A stretch of 64,000 nt of DNA from a virus. The translations under genes and the position numbers were made by a program. Location: positions 19,417 through 83,416 of the IMG/VR virus record IMGVR_UViG_3300028837_004134; one strand, written 5' to 3'. Numbering within the stretch: the stretch's first letter is position 1; every line of letters begins with the position of its first letter. The notes beneath the pieces were generated by a model that had not been told where the DNA came from, did not search any database, and was given only the letters and a program-made list of their open reading frames with translations. Positions 18,425 through 28,041 of this stretch are shown piece after piece.

Positions 18425-19453
18425 TCATAAGTATTGTTTCCTCATGGCTTCAATGAAGCCCTTTTGGACTGACTCAGCCAGGTATTCGAATCTGGTTCGC
18501 AGGGTCTGCCTGTAGTCTTCAAGGGTCAGGCTTGGTTTGTGCACGTGAAGATACTCATAGTAACTCTGTGCCGGGCCACCATCAGCACAATCGGCTACCA
18601 GATCGGAAAGAGCTAGCCTAAACACTTCGACGACATCTGGATGTAGCTTTCCTGTATCCTGATATCGAGCGAGCTTGATCTCCACATTCTGAAAAGCCTG
18701 ATCGGTCGCACGGTCAATGGCCACCGACAGAAGAGGGTCATCGCGATTGCGGGGAACCTCATTCGCCAATTGTTGGGCCTTGATCTCAGAAGTGGTTTCA
18801 CGCAGGGCAGAGAACAGTATCTCGACCTGAACAGGTTTTTGGAGGCCAGCAGTACGAGCGACCTGCAAGAGAATTGCATGGACCAAATCCGTGAGATTCC
18901 CGTAATGCGCACCTTGCTCGTTGATGATCCTGACCAACTCGTCATGGCTTAGAGGAGTCTCATTCGCTCTGAAGTCGGCTATATTTGTCAGGGTGACCCA
19001 TTCGGGTTTATCAACGGGAAAAACCACCACGCGCTCATCCTGGCGAATTACTCGATGAAGATTCCTCCAGAGGCGAGCGCTCAGAGCATCGTTCTCCCCC
19101 CACCGGTGGAACAACTCCTGTGATGCGGCTCTGACCACCACGGACTTGAATTTCAGGAACAGGGGGGTATCATCGTACTGAAGCATGTTCGCCAGTGCCT
19201 TTACCAAAGGCGAATCTGGCGCGTCCTTACTGAACAAACCTGAAAGGACGGATGTCGCCATTTGCTCAACCGATGTCTCCTGAGCTTGAGACGCTGCATG
19301 TAGCCGCCCCCAGAGCTTTTCCCGGACAATAGACGCTGCCAGTCTAACTAATCGGCCAACCGGCATGGCGTTGGAGGTCCCTCCGCAGTACTGACGGAGA
19401 CATCCAGCGACCTCAGCAATGAGATTATTGTCGGAGGCCGCTTGGTATCTCAT
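18425..19453 (-). CDS. Helical protein, putative highly divergent ECF sigma-like factor
   Basis: SVEQMATSVLSGLF..FKSVVVRAASQELFHRW resembles sigma region 2; next to a zf-HC2 gene; ATGA overlap with hsdR. Confidence 0.5.
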   Translation of the reverse strand: MRYQAASDNNLIAEVAGCLRQYCGGTSNAMPVGRLVRLAASIVREKLWGRLHAASQAQETSVEQMATSVLSGLFSKDAPDSPLVKALANMLQYDDTPLFLKFKSVVVRAASQELFHRWGENDALSARLWRNLHRVIRQDERVVVFPVDKPEWVTLTNIADFRANETPLSHDELVRIINEQGAHYGNLTDLVHAILLQVARTAGLQKPVQVEILFSALRETTSEIKAQQLANEVPRNRDDPLLSVAIDRATDQAFQNVEIKLARYQDTGKLHPDVVEVFRLALSDLVADCADGGPAQSYYEYLHVHKPSLTLEDYRQTLRTRFEYLAESVQKGFIEAMRKQYL

Positions 19454-22452
19454 TCTTGTTGACTCTCCTCATCCCGAATCTGTTCGTAGACCTGTTTGAG
19501 CAGGTGCTGGCCGACGATGTCCTGAAATTTCTTTTCGTTCATGAACTTTGCGGTTATCTCCTCGTTCTGTTCCATCCGGTCGATAAAGAGGCCCTCCAGC
19601 GCCTTCAGGAACACGTAACCGAAGTTCTCCATCGTGTTGGCGAGCGCCGCTTGGCGCAGGTCGGTGTCGGCCACAGCATCTCCCAGGATGGAATCAAGGA
19701 AGAGCTGGTCAGCAGGTTTGAACTCGGTGCCGAATCTCTCATTGAGGATATCAATCAGTTTGGACAGTTCGATCTCATCTCCCCGGGCGATGCCTGTACC
19801 TACGGAAGTTGGCCCGGATACTGGTTCCTGCTTGCCGGTTTCCAACTTGATTAATCCCTCGCCAATCTTCTGGAGGCGGTAGTACTTAAGCGCCACCTCG
19901 TCGTCGAAATTGTAGACCGGCCCTCGGTCACCTCTCGGTAATTTAGTGAGCAAGAATCGAATGTAGGAGTATAGTTTTTCCAAGTCCGAGTCCTGGAAGG
20001 GGATTACCTGCGCCATAAACGAGTACAGATTCCGGAAGGCGACAAGCGTCTTGCGGAATTCCTCCCGGACCTCCTCTTCAAGCTCGTTGTATCGACCCAC
20101 AGCCGGATCGATGCAGGCATTCATCCGGGCGTGATCTGCGGTTGTTTGGCTGCGTTTCGGCTTATAGAAGACCTTGCAGAATTCCTCGACCTCGGCCTTG
20201 TAGTAGACCTGGTGTGCGTCTAACTTAGCCTGGAGTTCGTAGAGTTGTCTTGCGTCGGCCCGCTCGCCGATGAGTGTCTGCTCGTAGTAGGGCTGGAACG
20301 CCGCCAGGATTTCATCCGGTTCGTTGACGAAATCTAGGACGAACGTGTTTTCTTTGCCGGGATGGGTGCGGTTCAGGCGCGAGAGTGTCTGCACGGCCTG
20401 AATGCCTGCCAGCCGCTTGTCTACATACATAGTATGAAGAAGCGGCTGGTCAAAGCCTGTCTGATACTTCTCGGCCACGAGAAGCACCTGATATTCGTCC
20501 GTGCCGAACCGCTCCGGCAGCTCCTTCTCTCGAATGCCCTTGTTCATTCCGACTTCGGTGTATTCGACATTCGGCGCGTCCGGGTCAATAACCCTACCGG
20601 AGAAAGCAACCAGCGTCTTAATTCCTGTGTAACCTTTTTCGGCGATGTACTTGTCAAATGCCTGCTTATACCGGACAGCATGGAGGCGACTGGAGGTGAC
20701 CACCATCGCCTTGGCTTTTCCGCCAATCTTGTGCATGGTGAAGTGGCGGAAATGTTCGACCATTACCTCGGTCTTTTGCGCGATGTTGTGAGGGTGCAAG
20801 CTCATGAACCGTGCAAGCGCCCGGGCAGCCTTACGCTTGTCCACCCTGGGATCATTCTCAATAGATTTGATCAGCCGGTAGTAGGTTTTGTACGTAGTGT
20901 AGTTATTGAGCACGTCGAGGATGAAGCCTTCTTCGATGGCTTGCCGCATGCTATAAAGGTGAAAGGGAAGAGGCTTGCCGTCCGCGCCAGGAGTGCCGAA
21001 CACCTCCAACGTCTTGTACTTGGGTGTCGCGGTGAAGGCGAAGAAGCTGATATTGGACTGGTGGCCGCGCTTGGCCATGGTCTTGAGGATTTCCTCTTCG
21101 TAGTCGGGCAGCCCTTCCTCCTCGGCCTTCGCCCTGGCCTCTTCTTTGATTGCCGCTCCTGCGAGCACACCCTTGAGTTCGGTCGCCGTCTCGCCGCCCT
21201 GGGAGCTGTGCGCCTCATCAACCAGCACCGCATATCGGCGCGTGGGTAAATCGCCCATTTTCTCGGTGACGAAGGGAAACTTCTGTAACGTCGTGATCAC
21301 GATCGGCACCCCGGACCCAAGGGCCTCGGCCAATTGGGTCGAGTTTATGTCAATCTTCTGAACAACACCCTGTTTGTGTTCAAACTGATAGATTGTGTTT
21401 TGAAGCTGTTGGTCAAGTACGACCCTATCGGTCACCACGATGATCGAGTCGTAGATCTTCTCATCCTGGTCATCATAGAGACTCGCCAACCTGTGAGCCA
21501 ACCACGCGATTGAGTTCGACTTCCCGCTGCCAGCTGAGTGCTGGACAAGGTAATTGGTTCCGGTGCCGCGTTCGCGCGCATCAGCCACGAGTTCCCTTAC
21601 GCAATCAAGCTGGTGATAGCGCGGAAAGATCATCGTCTCACGCTTAACATTCTTGCTTCCGAGTCTCTTCTCGTCGGTCTGGAGATGAATGAACCGCGCA
21701 AGAATATCGAGGAAACTGTGCCGTTCTAACACATCTTCCCACAGATAAGCTGTCTTGCAACCATGCGGATTCTCGGGATTGCCGGCTCCGCCACCGTAGC
21801 CCCTGTTGAAGGGCAGGAATCTCGTGTTCCGGCCAGAAAGACGCGTGGTCATGTAGACCTCGTCAGTGTCCACGGCGAAATGAACGAGGGAACGTTTCTT
21901 GAACTGGAAGATCAGATCAGACGGATCACGGTCGTTCTTGTACTGCGTCACCGCATGCCGCCAGGTCTGGGCGGTCATGGGATTCTTGAGTTCCAGCGTG
22001 GCGACAGGAATGCCGTTCAGGGCGAGGGTCACATCGAGAGTGTTGCCATGCTTGGCCGAGTAGCGCAGCTGGCGTGTGATCGTGAGCCGGTTGGCCACAT
22101 AGAGTTTCTGGGTGTCTGGGTTCATCCCGCTTGCAGGTGCGAAGTAGGCCACGCGGAACAGCTTGCCAAAGCACTTGAATCCGTGTCGCAGGACGGAGAG
22201 ACAGCCTTCGTGCTCGGAGTTGAGTGCCCGGCATAGGTCGTCAAGCAGAGTCTCTTCAGCATTCTCCTTTTGAAGGTCGGCGAGGTACTCCCACTCCTTG
22301 GGTTGAGTCTCCCGGATAAAAGCCAGCACCTCCTGCGGGAACAGGCAACGCTCCGGGTCGAAAGTGTCGTGATCGCATCTCACGTAACCACCTGTTGTCG
22401 TCAGGTGGTGTTCAATGGCAGTCTCGAATGCCCTCTCGTTTGTCTGCGTCAT
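19450..22452 (-). CDS. hsdR: Type I restriction enzyme R subunit
   Basis: LD..NGIPVATLELKN nuclease motif, QHSAGSGKS, DEAH, FTATP, QTGFDQP, QTLSRLNR. Confidence 0.95.
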   Translation of the reverse strand: MTQTNERAFETAIEHHLTTTGGYVRCDHDTFDPERCLFPQEVLAFIRETQPKEWEYLADLQKENAEETLLDDLCRALNSEHEGCLSVLRHGFKCFGKLFRVAYFAPASGMNPDTQKLYVANRLTITRQLRYSAKHGNTLDVTLALNGIPVATLELKNPMTAQTWRHAVTQYKNDRDPSDLIFQFKKRSLVHFAVDTDEVYMTTRLSGRNTRFLPFNRGYGGGAGNPENPHGCKTAYLWEDVLERHSFLDILARFIHLQTDEKRLGSKNVKRETMIFPRYHQLDCVRELVADARERGTGTNYLVQHSAGSGKSNSIAWLAHRLASLYDDQDEKIYDSIIVVTDRVVLDQQLQNTIYQFEHKQGVVQKIDINSTQLAEALGSGVPIVITTLQKFPFVTEKMGDLPTRRYAVLVDEAHSSQGGETATELKGVLAGAAIKEEARAKAEEEGLPDYEEEILKTMAKRGHQSNISFFAFTATPKYKTLEVFGTPGADGKPLPFHLYSMRQAIEEGFILDVLNNYTTYKTYYRLIKSIENDPRVDKRKAARALARFMSLHPHNIAQKTEVMVEHFRHFTMHKIGGKAKAMVVTSSRLHAVRYKQAFDKYIAEKGYTGIKTLVAFSGRVIDPDAPNVEYTEVGMNKGIREKELPERFGTDEYQVLLVAEKYQTGFDQPLLHTMYVDKRLAGIQAVQTLSRLNRTHPGKENTFVLDFVNEPDEILAAFQPYYEQTLIGERADARQLYELQAKLDAHQVYYKAEVEEFCKVFYKPKRSQTTADHARMNACIDPAVGRYNELEEEVREEFRKTLVAFRNLYSFMAQVIPFQDSDLEKLYSYIRFLLTKLPRGDRGPVYNFDDEVALKYYRLQKIGEGLIKLETGKQEPVSGPTSVGTGIARGDEIELSKLIDILNERFGTEFKPADQLFLDSILGDAVADTDLRQAALANTMENFGYVFLKALEGLFIDRMEQNEEITAKFMNEKKFQDIVGQHLLKQVYEQIRDEESQQE

Positions 22453-22943
22453 TTGCTTGGTCCCAAGACGAAGCGGGCTCGCTCGTGTCGGAGCATCTCA
22501 TAGGGTGTCATGACCTTTATTCCAAGGCCAATGCAAACATTCGGGATTTTGATCTTCTTTGTTGAAGGCGATGCAATCTCGTGGGTCACGACAGTGTCTC
22601 CGTGAGCCAGGGCGTGGGCCACCAGGTAGTAGTCGGCAACCTGAAGGAATGTACTCACAGCAACAGGTTCGTAGTTTTGGCTCGTCGCCCATTCACTGGC
22701 TGAACCAAGGGCAGGCAAAATTGCAGAATCGGGTTTCAGGAAGAAACTCGAACCGCGTTGCACAGCCCAAATTGCAAGATCATCCTCGCCCGCCTCTATC
22801 TCATCACCAACCTTTTCGATACTAAAAACCCGTTTCGCTGTGTTGTTCACGGCAAGCCATTCCCAAAAAGCCGGACAGAAATCGAGGCCATAATGGAGGT
22901 TCTTTGCCTGAATAAACACATTGGCATCAAGTAGGTAAGCCAT
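22449..22943 (-). CDS. DUF4411 family PIN-domain protein
   Basis: YLLDANVFIQA..ADYYLVAHA..VVTHE..KIKIPNVC. Confidence 0.85.
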   Translation of the reverse strand: MAYLLDANVFIQAKNLHYGLDFCPAFWEWLAVNNTAKRVFSIEKVGDEIEAGEDDLAIWAVQRGSSFFLKPDSAILPALGSASEWATSQNYEPVAVSTFLQVADYYLVAHALAHGDTVVTHEIASPSTKKIKIPNVCIGLGIKVMTPYEMLRHERARFVLGPSK

Positions 22944-24085
22944 CAGAGCACCCCCAGGCTATGGCCAAGTTCGTGGAACGTCGCAAGTTTTGAGAAGCCG
23001 AGCAAACGGAAGGCGTCGCGATGTAATGTCTGACCCTCCAGTGTGCTGATGACAAGTGCGCGGGCAAATCGCTTGCTCACTCGAGCAGCTTGTGTCCAAT
23101 AGAAGTTGCCGCCGCTACCTTTTGGAATCGCCCGCAGCCGTTCCACTTCCGCGAAGAAGGCATCCCAGAGTACCTCGCGGGTGATGCCGCCTACGTCATG
23201 GATACGCCGTAGAATGACGAGCGTGCTCACCTTGAAAAGCCGCGCCAGACGGCTGACCTCGTCATCTAACTCATCACTCTGTCGATACTCCTGCCTAATC
23301 ACCGAAAGGGGCACCAAGAGCTCTGCGGCAACCTGGTCGCACCACTTCTCGACATGATGTGACGGTGAAGTAACAGGCCCCACGTCGGAGAGCGCGGATT
23401 CACCGACCCAAAGATGAGCCAGTTCATGCGCGAGTGTGAACATTTGAGCGGATTTCGTGTCAGAACCATTTATGAACACGAGCGGTGCAAACTCATCCAC
23501 AAGCGCAAAACCTCTGAATTCTTCCGGGTCCAGTTTGCGCCGATTGTTGCTTCCTACAACTCCGCTTACCATCACCATCACGCCAAAGTTGTCCGTCTGC
23601 TCAACGAAGCGGCGCAGAGCTTCGGTCCACGTGGGTAGTCGTCGTCTCTCTTCAATATCAAACCTCAATGAATGCCGAATGGCTGCGGCAACTGTGACAA
23701 TGTCACTTGACGGATCAGCGGACCCGACGAATGAAAGCGGCTCTTCTCCTACGGATCGAGCGAAATCGTGATACCACTCCTGACGCTGTTGGCAGATGTA
23801 AATAGTGTCAAGCAGATCCGGGCTGGGGTGGCCAATATACTCGTTACCGATGGTACGGAAGTCGGGAATAGGGACGGTCTCGACTGGCGGTTCCGGGAGA
23901 AACAGGTAACCGACAGGCAAACGAGTGGCCTTGGCAAAGCTTTCGAGTTGTTTGAGAGTCGGATTAACCTCACCTCGCTCCCAGAGTTCAAGTTTAGGAA
24001 ACTTCTTGGCAAGGCCACCTATGGTTTGTCTGGAACGTTCGCATGCCCAGCGCAGCAATTCAGGTTTGACATCGACACGTATCAC
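22943..24085 (-). CDS. HTH + ImmA/IrrE family metallopeptidase
   Basis: N-terminal XRE-like HTH; FTLAHELAH; EKWCDQVAAELLVP. Confidence 0.9.
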   Translation of the reverse strand: MIRVDVKPELLRWACERSRQTIGGLAKKFPKLELWERGEVNPTLKQLESFAKATRLPVGYLFLPEPPVETVPIPDFRTIGNEYIGHPSPDLLDTIYICQQRQEWYHDFARSVGEEPLSFVGSADPSSDIVTVAAAIRHSLRFDIEERRRLPTWTEALRRFVEQTDNFGVMVMVSGVVGSNNRRKLDPEEFRGFALVDEFAPLVFINGSDTKSAQMFTLAHELAHLWVGESALSDVGPVTSPSHHVEKWCDQVAAELLVPLSVIRQEYRQSDELDDEVSRLARLFKVSTLVILRRIHDVGGITREVLWDAFFAEVERLRAIPKGSGGNFYWTQAARVSKRFARALVISTLEGQTLHRDAFRLLGFSKLATFHELGHSLGVL

Positions 24086-24128
24086 GTGGTCTCCTTTTTC
24101 ACGCCGATCTCGCCTGCCACAGCCGCCG
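24081..24128 (-). pseudogene. Degenerate copy of the hsdS 3' end
   Basis: AAVAGEIGVKKET vs HsdS AAVTGKIDVRKEV; 37/48 nt match to 25897-25944. Confidence 0.65.
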
Positions 24129-24181
24129 TATTGGGGTGGTGCGCAATCACCGTCGCGATCCCCGTTCTACAATAGCCTCCG

Positions 24182-25234
24182 TCATCGACCCTTTTCCGAT
24201 TCTGATACCCAGCCTTTGTCGGCCAGACGCCTCCATGCGACGTGGATATGTTCTTGACGAAACATCCGCTTTCGGTCATTCCAACTGTGAACCTGTCGCA
24301 CCGCCTCATCAGACGTCCGCGCAGGGTTGTCCGTGTGCTTTGCGACCCAATGAACTGACGATAGAAGCTCCATGCCATAAGGCGTTTCAAAGCCTTCAAT
24401 CAATTCTGCCACTTGTCCCAGACGTGTTCGACTCTCTTGTTGTGTTTCCAGAAATTCGCCGGCTTTTTGGGAAGCACCGGGAAGCAGCTCGATCTCCACG
24501 TCCGGTTTCTGTGTGTCGCCGTAACCTTGGGTGAAATGCCCTTCCATTATTTCCAGAACCTTGTTCAAGTTGTGCGCATAGGGTCCATAAAGGCCCGGCT
24601 CGTACTTCAGCCGCAGATTTTCACCCGCCTCCTGAAGGAAGTACCCGAGCTTCTGAATCTCGAGCAGTGTCAGACGATAGGCCATTTCCTTGTACTGCGC
24701 TATGAGTGTGATGAACAGCGCTCGGGCCACGGTCATCTTAGGGCGTTGCGTCCGTATCGGCATGGCTTTGGCTTCCGGCGCTCCGTGAGGCTCAAATAGC
24801 AGCACCCTAACTTCGGGAAGCGATGAAAAGGCCTTCTCGATCATTGGACGGACAACGCTCCAACTCAGACCACCAAGACCGCAGCCCAGCGGTGGGATAG
24901 CGACGGACGACACCTTCAACTTCCCAACCTCTTCAATTAGTGCTCTTAACCCTGATTCAATATCCTCCAACCGCGATTTGCCGCGCCAATGCCGTTTGGT
25001 GGGGAAGTTGATAATGTATTTGGGGTTTAGCATGGCGCCGGTTTCGAATACGAACATCTTTCCGGGGTGCACTTCTTCCGCTCGGCACGCGCGTTCATAC
25101 ACCTTGAAGTTGTCGGGGAAGGCCTTCTTGAACTGAAGGGCGATGCCCTTGCCCATATAACCGAGACAATTCACCGTGTTGACCAATGCCTCTGCTTCGG
25201 CTCTGAGAATGTTGCCTTTGGCAATCTCTATCAT
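24182..25234 (-). CDS. darG: DarG antitoxin, macrodomain DNA ADP-ribosyl glycohydrolase
   Basis: ALVNTVNC.GYMGKGIALQFK, IINFPTKRHW, PPLGCGLGGL; C-terminal YGPY..GFETPYGMELLSSVHW. Confidence 0.93.
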   Translation of the reverse strand: MIEIAKGNILRAEAEALVNTVNCLGYMGKGIALQFKKAFPDNFKVYERACRAEEVHPGKMFVFETGAMLNPKYIINFPTKRHWRGKSRLEDIESGLRALIEEVGKLKVSSVAIPPLGCGLGGLSWSVVRPMIEKAFSSLPEVRVLLFEPHGAPEAKAMPIRTQRPKMTVARALFITLIAQYKEMAYRLTLLEIQKLGYFLQEAGENLRLKYEPGLYGPYAHNLNKVLEIMEGHFTQGYGDTQKPDVEIELLPGASQKAGEFLETQQESRTRLGQVAELIEGFETPYGMELLSSVHWVAKHTDNPARTSDEAVRQVHSWNDRKRMFRQEHIHVAWRRLADKGWVSESEKGR

Positions 25235-25247
25235 GGTGACGCCTCCT

Positions 25248-25901
25248 CTATGAATAATAATACCATTCCGGCCTTACCCGCACAGGGCGGTGCAAGCTAG
25301 GCGGGAACTGGCTCATAATAGCTTCAACGTTTATTTTCATCCGGTCGGAGACAGTAGCGATCTCCTCAATCAGTTCCCAATCACAAGACCGGTGCACAAG
25401 GAATTCGGCCTGTTTGCGACGCTGGCGGTCCATGTCATTCACGTTGTCAGCCCAGTACCGCTCGTAGACCATATCCCAATCGACCTTGTCCAGGTCAGCT
25501 AGGTCATCATACCAATCCGTATATGCTGCAATGCCGTGCCCATCCGAGAATACAAAGCCGGCTCCGCTGTTCGCTACGGCCTGGGCCGTGGACACTACGT
25601 AGATCAATGGCTCCTGGCCCTCATTGTAGCCAGCAACCTGTCCGGTCTTGAGTTGAAGGAGCATCGGCGAAAGATACCCAAAGTAGAACGCTACGTAATC
25701 GTGAACAACCCCACACGGCCCGCACCCGATTTCTCTGATGTGGCGTTCTGATTGTATGTCCACGTTGTGAATCCTCTTGTACTGCAGCCCGTCATCGGGT
25801 GTGTGGATCGGTGCGTGCAAGCCGCCGCGCTGGAGGCACACGGGGAGGCTGTCCACGTGCATAAAGCGGAATATCGGCGTTGGATTCGGCACCGCCATCA
25901 C
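25248..25901 (-). CDS. darT: DarT DNA ADP-ribosyltransferase toxin (DUF4433)
   Basis: HDYVAFYF..SPML, FVFSDGH, RRKQAEFLV, PEWYY; adjacent to darG. Confidence 0.92.
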   Translation of the reverse strand: MMAVPNPTPIFRFMHVDSLPVCLQRGGLHAPIHTPDDGLQYKRIHNVDIQSERHIREIGCGPCGVVHDYVAFYFGYLSPMLLQLKTGQVAGYNEGQEPLIYVVSTAQAVANSGAGFVFSDGHGIAAYTDWYDDLADLDKVDWDMVYERYWADNVNDMDRQRRKQAEFLVHRSCDWELIEEIATVSDRMKINVEAIMSQFPPSLHRPVRVRPEWYYYS

Positions 25902-27190
25902 GCGACCTCCTTGCGAACGTCGATCTTGCCTGTCACCGCCGCCGAGATCAGCGCCGTGCGGTATTCACGCAGCTTCTCGATGCTGACACCGACCATCGCA
26001 ATCAGCGCGTCAATCTGGCGAGTCTCGCAGTCGAGATGTTCGACTATTCTGTCTTGCTCGTCGCGTGGTGGGAATCCGAAGCGGTAGACGCGCAGCTTCT
26101 CAGCTGTCAAGTGCGGAATCGTGTTGGGGTTACCATAGGCCAGGAACACACCACTGTGGGCAGCTGCTCGCATGACGTAGTAGAAGAAACGCGGCAGGTC
26201 TCGCCCGCTCCGAGGCCGAACGCGGTGAATCGCCTTCTGAAAGGCACACACCGGCAGTTCGCCACGCCAGATTGCTGCTCGGCCGACTTCGCCGCCCTCG
26301 CAAACAAGCAGGTCTCCCGCCGCCAACGTGAAGCGGCTGTACTCGCCTGGGGCAATATCCATCTCCGGCAAGTTCTCTATATTCACGCGGTTCCACTGGA
26401 CATCGACATTCCGCAGGTACGGTAAGAGGTGCTCGCCCGTGATACGCTTCGCATCGAGCATCTTTCCCAACTCGACGCTGTATCTCGCGTAAAGCGGAGG
26501 AGTATCCCAATGCTTCGGTATCTGGCCCAGCCATTCGATGCCGGAGTCCTTCATCGGGGCGTTGGGATTGAGGCCCTTGGTGACGGCGTGGTTGATGAGG
26601 GCGGATCGCTTCTCCTGGAGTAACTCGATCTGCCGCTGTTTCTTCTCGATCAGCGTATCGATTCGCCCCGTCTCGCGGTCGAGGAATGCAGCAATGGCGT
26701 GTTGTTCAGCCTTAGGGGGAAGGAGCACTGCCAGATTACCAATGAAATCCCAGTTGGCGCGAGGCATCTTTGCCCCATAGGTGGACGAATCAACGACAGT
26801 GATAACGTCTGGATTGAGGAGGTAATTGAGGAGAAACCGCTGCTGAACGGCTTTCGGGCGAAGGACGAGTAGTTCTCCCGTGCAGATGCCGTCTGCGTTT
26901 GCGGCATGGACTTTCGCCAAGTACGGCCGGAGTTTGCCGAAGAGCACATCACCACGTCTGTGGAGGTTCGCCTGCCCCTCGCTTGACATCTCACCGTTTG
27001 GGGCGGTTCGCTTCCCCGTCCAGGACTCAATGTGTTCCAGGCCGGTGTACGGCAGATCGGACTCGCAACCGTCGACTTTTTGATTGATAAGCACGGAACT
27101 GTACTTCAAGCGATGTACGTCCCAATCCTCTGGCACATCGCCCAACCATTCCACGCCGGAAGGCTTGTATTTCGGATACGGTCGCCTCAT
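25898..27190 (-). CDS. hsdS: Type I R-M specificity subunit
   Basis: YKPSGVEWLGDVPEDW, two TRDs with PP..EQ conserved regions, ALISAAVTGKIDV. Confidence 0.95.
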   Translation of the reverse strand: MRRPYPKYKPSGVEWLGDVPEDWDVHRLKYSSVLINQKVDGCESDLPYTGLEHIESWTGKRTAPNGEMSSEGQANLHRRGDVLFGKLRPYLAKVHAANADGICTGELLVLRPKAVQQRFLLNYLLNPDVITVVDSSTYGAKMPRANWDFIGNLAVLLPPKAEQHAIAAFLDRETGRIDTLIEKKQRQIELLQEKRSALINHAVTKGLNPNAPMKDSGIEWLGQIPKHWDTPPLYARYSVELGKMLDAKRITGEHLLPYLRNVDVQWNRVNIENLPEMDIAPGEYSRFTLAAGDLLVCEGGEVGRAAIWRGELPVCAFQKAIHRVRPRSGRDLPRFFYYVMRAAAHSGVFLAYGNPNTIPHLTAEKLRVYRFGFPPRDEQDRIVEHLDCETRQIDALIAMVGVSIEKLREYRTALISAAVTGKIDVRKEVA

Positions 27191-28041
27191 TTGTCGCTTC
27201 TCCTGCGTGGCTTAGCCTTGGCCTTGTCCTTCTTTACGGCCTTCACTTTCCGAGTGCCCTTTTTCGAGTGTTGTTTCTTTGTGCCTTCTTTGATTGACTT
27301 GTTGATGATCAGATCAGCAGCAGAAACCACATTAGAAACCAGTTCAATTGCTTCATTCACATCTTTATGACTGATACTTCTTGACTTGTTGCGAGCTTTC
27401 TTGCTTTGGGATAAATCACCTTCGTGGGCTATTTGATTGCGTCGCTTGGCTATTATTGTTACCTGACTCTTGAGCTTCTTAGGATCAGTCTTCATCTGTT
27501 TAGCAATAGAATCCCAGAACGAATTGACTCCAATAAGCTGAAGTGAATCAGCTATCTTATCTGGGGTTTGAAGGGACTGATAAGAAAGCTTGCGATCTAT
27601 GGCAATTCTCAACGCCTGATTTGTGCGTTTATACTTTTGTCCTGCCATGAAATCGGATACAAGAATTTTTTCGTTGAGTAAGCGATTGGAGGGATCGCAG
27701 GCTTTTGAGTGTTGAACAACATGACGAATGATCTTAGCGTGAAAATATGCATCCATTGCTGATAGCGTCATAACGAATGAAGCTCGCAATAGGTCATCAA
27801 GAGCCTCAGATGAGAAATATTCACTATCGAGTTTACTGTCATCTCGAAGAACGAGGATCATGTCTTTACTATCAATTCGTTCGATTTTGTGTCTTATAGG
27901 CCAGTGCATGAGCTTCTTGAAACTGTTACCCCAGTCTTGTCGAGTTCTTCGTTTCCTATGGTCAGTGAGCCCCCTGGCAAGTATCTGGATGTACTTAGCC
28001 CGTTCGATAGCTCTGTGAAAAGTTTCCTTAGCGCCGTTCAT
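27187..28041 (-). CDS. HEPN-domain protein (putative RNase)
   Basis: LLRASFVMTLSAMDAYFH and RRNQIAHEGD (Rx4H); lower GC; coupled to hsdM and hsdS. Confidence 0.8.
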   Translation of the reverse strand: MNGAKETFHRAIERAKYIQILARGLTDHRKRRTRQDWGNSFKKLMHWPIRHKIERIDSKDMILVLRDDSKLDSEYFSSEALDDLLRASFVMTLSAMDAYFHAKIIRHVVQHSKACDPSNRLLNEKILVSDFMAGQKYKRTNQALRIAIDRKLSYQSLQTPDKIADSLQLIGVNSFWDSIAKQMKTDPKKLKSQVTIIAKRRNQIAHEGDLSQSKKARNKSRSISHKDVNEAIELVSNVVSAADLIINKSIKEGTKKQHSKKGTRKVKAVKKDKAKAKPRRRSDK

